Shown here: positions 61,375 through 64,000 of the stretch, piece by piece | Numbering within the stretch: the stretch's first letter is position 1 | Layout of the letters: each line of letters begins with the position of its first letter | Assembly: GCA_029263335.1 (NCBI GenBank) | Contig: JAJCXS010000299.1 | Location: 1,599 to 65,598 of the forward strand | Direction: 5' to 3' | Origin: Acidobacteriota bacterium | GTDB taxonomy: Bacteria > Acidobacteriota > UBA890 > WLXD01 | Length of the DNA stretch: 64,000 bases | Program-made: the position numbers and the translations under genes | Notes under the pieces: model-generated | What the model saw: only the letters and a program-made list of their open reading frames with translations | Database searches by the model: none | What the model was told of the DNA's origin: nothing

Positions 61375-63167
61375 TGACCTCTGACGACGAGGGCGGAGCC
61401 CCCGGAAGTGAAGCGATGAGCGAAGAAGGGACGGCAACTCGGACCCACGCGGCGCAACCGGCGGGTGAGCGACCCATGTACGACGATCTTCGTCCGGCCG
61501 CGCCGATTCGCGCGCCACGCGGCGTCGAGCGTACCTGCTCCACGTGGGACATCGAAGGTGCCATGCGGATGCTGATGAACAACCTCGATCCCCAGGTGGC
61601 GGTCGATTGGGAACAACTCATCGTCTATGGCGGCTCGGGCCGGGCGGCGCGTAACTGGAAGGCGTACCAGCAGATTGTCGAGGCGCTGCAGCGCCTGGCC
61701 CCGGACGAGACTCTCTGCGTCCAGTCGGGTAAGCCGGTCTACGTTGCGCGAACCCATCCGGATTCGCCCCGGGTGATCATTGCCAATTCCAATCTGGTGC
61801 CCGACTGGGCCACCGAGGACGTGTTCGAGGAGCTCGATCTCGCCGGTCTGACGATGTACGGCCAGATGACGGCCGGCTCGTGGATCTACATCGGTACCCA
61901 GGGAATCCTGCAGGGCACCTACGAGACCTTCGCGGCGTGCGCCCGCCAGGAGTTCGGGGCCGACAGCCTGAGCGGTAAGTTCGTGTTGACCGCCGGGTTG
62001 GGTGGCATGAGCGGCGCCCAGCCGATGGCGGCGACTATGAACGAAGCCGCCGTGCTGATCGTCGAGGTCCGGCCCGAGCGGATCGCCCGCAAGGTCGAGG
62101 AGGGTTACTGCCATCGGCAGGCGGACAGTCTCGACGAGGCTCTCGGCTGGATACGCGAGGCGACCGCACAGGGCACCGGCCTGTCCGTCGGCCTGGCCGG
62201 CAATGCTGCCGAGGTCTACCCTGAGCTGGCGCGCCGCGGCGAGATTCCCGATATCGTGACCGACCAGACGCCAGCGCACAACCAACTCGACTACGTACCG
62301 ATCGGCGATCTCGATGAACTCGACAGTTTGCGGCGCGACGATCCGGCGGAGTACCGGCGCCGATCGCTGGCGTCGATGGTGGCCCACACACAGGGCATTC
62401 TGGACCTGCAGGCGGCGGGCGCGATCTGTTTCGACTATGGCAACAACCTGCGGGGCCAGGCCGAGCTTGGTGGGCTGGAGGTTCGCGACGCGGCAGGCCA
62501 GTACAAGTACCCGGGATTCGTGCCGGCCTACGTGCGGCCGCTGTTCTGCGAAGGGAAGGGACCTTTTCGCTGGGCCTGCCTATCGGGCGACGAGCGCGAT
62601 CTGGACGTGCTCGACGACGCCTTGTTGCGAGTTTTTCCCGACGACCCGGTCCTGCACCGCTGGGTGCGGCTGGCTCGGGAGCAGGTGCCGCAGCTCGGAC
62701 TTCCGTCGCGGATCTGCTGGCTCGGCTATGGGGAGCGCGCCCTCTTTGGCGCCGAGATCAACCGGCTGGTTGCCTCGGGCGAGGTGTCAGCGCCGGTGGC
62801 CATCGGTCGCGACCATCTCGACTGCGGTTCCGTTGCGTCGCCCAACCGGGAGACCGAGGCCATGCTGGACGGCTCCGACGCGGTCGCCGATTGGCCGTTG
62901 CTGAACTTCGCCATGAACGCCGTCTCCGGCGCCTCGTGGGTGTCGTTTCATCACGGCGGCGGCGTGGGTATGGGCCGCGCGCTGCATGCGGGCATGGTGA
63001 TCGTCGCCGACGGGACCGAGGCCAAAGCGGAGCGACTGCAACGTGTGCTGACCGTCGATCCGGGGCTGGGCATCGTACGGCATGCCGATGCGGGGTATCC
63101 GCAGGCGGTTGCGGCAGCGCAGCGACACGGCGTGGACATGCCGGCGCTGGATACTTCGGAGGGCTGA
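61371..63167 (+). CDS. hutU: Urocanate hydratase
   Basis: [53 protein letters not shown]. Start could be 61371-61476. Confidence 0.96.
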   Translation: MMTSDDEGGAPGSEAMSEEGTATRTHAAQPAGERPMYDDLRPAAPIRAPRGVERTCSTWDIEGAMRMLMNNLDPQVAVDWEQLIVYGGSGRAARNWKAYQQIVEALQRLAPDETLCVQSGKPVYVARTHPDSPRVIIANSNLVPDWATEDVFEELDLAGLTMYGQMTAGSWIYIGTQGILQGTYETFAACARQEFGADSLSGKFVLTAGLGGMSGAQPMAATMNEAAVLIVEVRPERIARKVEEGYCHRQADSLDEALGWIREATAQGTGLSVGLAGNAAEVYPELARRGEIPDIVTDQTPAHNQLDYVPIGDLDELDSLRRDDPAEYRRRSLASMVAHTQGILDLQAAGAICFDYGNNLRGQAELGGLEVRDAAGQYKYPGFVPAYVRPLFCEGKGPFRWACLSGDERDLDVLDDALLRVFPDDPVLHRWVRLAREQVPQLGLPSRICWLGYGERALFGAEINRLVASGEVSAPVAIGRDHLDCGSVASPNRETEAMLDGSDAVADWPLLNFAMNAVSGASWVSFHHGGGVGMGRALHAGMVIVADGTEAKAERLQRVLTVDPGLGIVRHADAGYPQAVAAAQRHGVDMPALDTSEG

Positions 63168-64000
63168 TTGACCAAGGCGACTGCGACCCTGATCGTTCGC
63201 GGCATCAAGCAGTGCCTGACGATGGGGGACGGCGACGGAGCTCGGGCCGGTGAAGAGCAGGAAGATGTCGACCTCATCGAGGATGCTGCCGTTGCTGCGG
63301 CTGGTGACGAGATCATCTACGTCGGGCCAGCCAGCGGTCTGCTGCGCGAAGTGCGTGAGGCCCCCGAAGCTGTTCGCATCGATGCCCGACAGGGGGTGGT
63401 GCTGCCCGGATTCGTAGACCCGCACACGCATCTGTTATTCGGAGGCTGGCGGCCCGCCGAATTCCAACAGCGCATCGCTGGCGAGTCCTATCAAGCCATC
63501 CTGGCCGCTGGCGGCGGCATCCTCAGCACGGTGGCTGCGACCCGCGCGCTGAGCGAAGACGAGCTCGTGGAGGTAGGCCAGCGTCGCCTGCAACGCATGC
63601 TGGCGGCCGGGACGACCACCGTGGAGGCCAAGAGCGGCTACGGCCTGAGCCTGGCCGACGAGGCCAAGCTCGTGCGCGCCGCGCGCCGGCTGGCGGCCAC
63701 CGAGGTGGTGGAGGTGGTTCCGACCTTGCTCGGCGCCCACGCCGTGCCGCCCGAATACCGCGAAGACCGGCAGGCATATGTTCGGTTGGTGGTCGAGATG
63801 GTCGAAGCTCTCGCCGACCGCGTGGAGTTTGTCGATGCCTTCTGCGAGACCGGTGCCTTCAGTATCGAGGAGTGCCGAGAGGTCTTCGTGGCCGCGACGC
63901 GGGCGGGCCTCGGCATCAAATTGCACGCCGATCAGCTCGGCGACACGGGCGGTGCGGCGTTGGCCGCCGAAGTCGGCGCGGTCTCGGCCGACCACCTCGA
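63168..64000 (+). CDS. hutI: Imidazolonepropionase (partial, runs off window)
   Basis: Manual translation from TTG 63168: LPGFVDPHTHLLFGG, GGGILSTV, GTTTVEAKSGYGL, LGAHAVP, DAFCE, KLHADQL. Confidence 0.93.
   Translation, partial: MTKATATLIVRGIKQCLTMGDGDGARAGEEQEDVDLIEDAAVAAAGDEIIYVGPASGLLREVREAPEAVRIDARQGVVLPGFVDPHTHLLFGGWRPAEFQQRIAGESYQAILAAGGGILSTVAATRALSEDELVEVGQRRLQRMLAAGTTTVEAKSGYGLSLADEAKLVRAARRLAATEVVEVVPTLLGAHAVPPEYREDRQAYVRLVVEMVEALADRVEFVDAFCETGAFSIEECREVFVAATRAGLGIKLHADQLGDTGGAALAAEVGAVSADHL

Overview
High-GC, gene-dense bacterial chromosomal window. It is probably Acidobacteriota-like; this is inferred from the VWA, TPR/FG-GAP/ASPIC-UnbV and tandem MacB gene content. I saw no rRNA, tRNA, CRISPR array or mobile element. 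In order, it contains: nucleoside salvage (pdp-nupC-pnp); a four-gene envelope operon (Ig+VWA, secreted small domain, matrixin-fold protein, OM beta-barrel); tatA with two paralogous lipoproteins; selB; thiolase-hbd-EnvC-like; a divergent RpoD paralogue; MidA; ggt; an SDR threonine-dehydrogenase-like gene; class II RNR nrdJ with tandem NrdR boxes; ferredoxin; BON; a CRTAC1-like protein; thyA-folA; lipA-E1a-E1b-E2-E3-recD2-MBL; a glutaredoxin-thioredoxin reductase fusion; SDRs; CDF; CPBP; PaaI; a peptidoglycan-recycling cluster (NamZ, NagZ-AmiE fusion, SSS transporter, PfkB kinase); a large glycosidase lipoprotein behind a MacA-ABC-TolC operon; a PDZ-less HtrA; and hutU-hutI. The strongest unusual signal is a lipA + 2-oxoacid dehydrogenase operon. 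Its E1 alpha and beta subunits have both lost ThDP-binding or catalytic elements with intact reading frames, while E2 and E3 look fully active. Three more apparent pseudo-enzymes occur in the window: a zinc-less matrixin, a Cys-less NlpC/P60-like protein and a degenerate extended SDR. All calls are by-eye motif recognition; no database searches were run.
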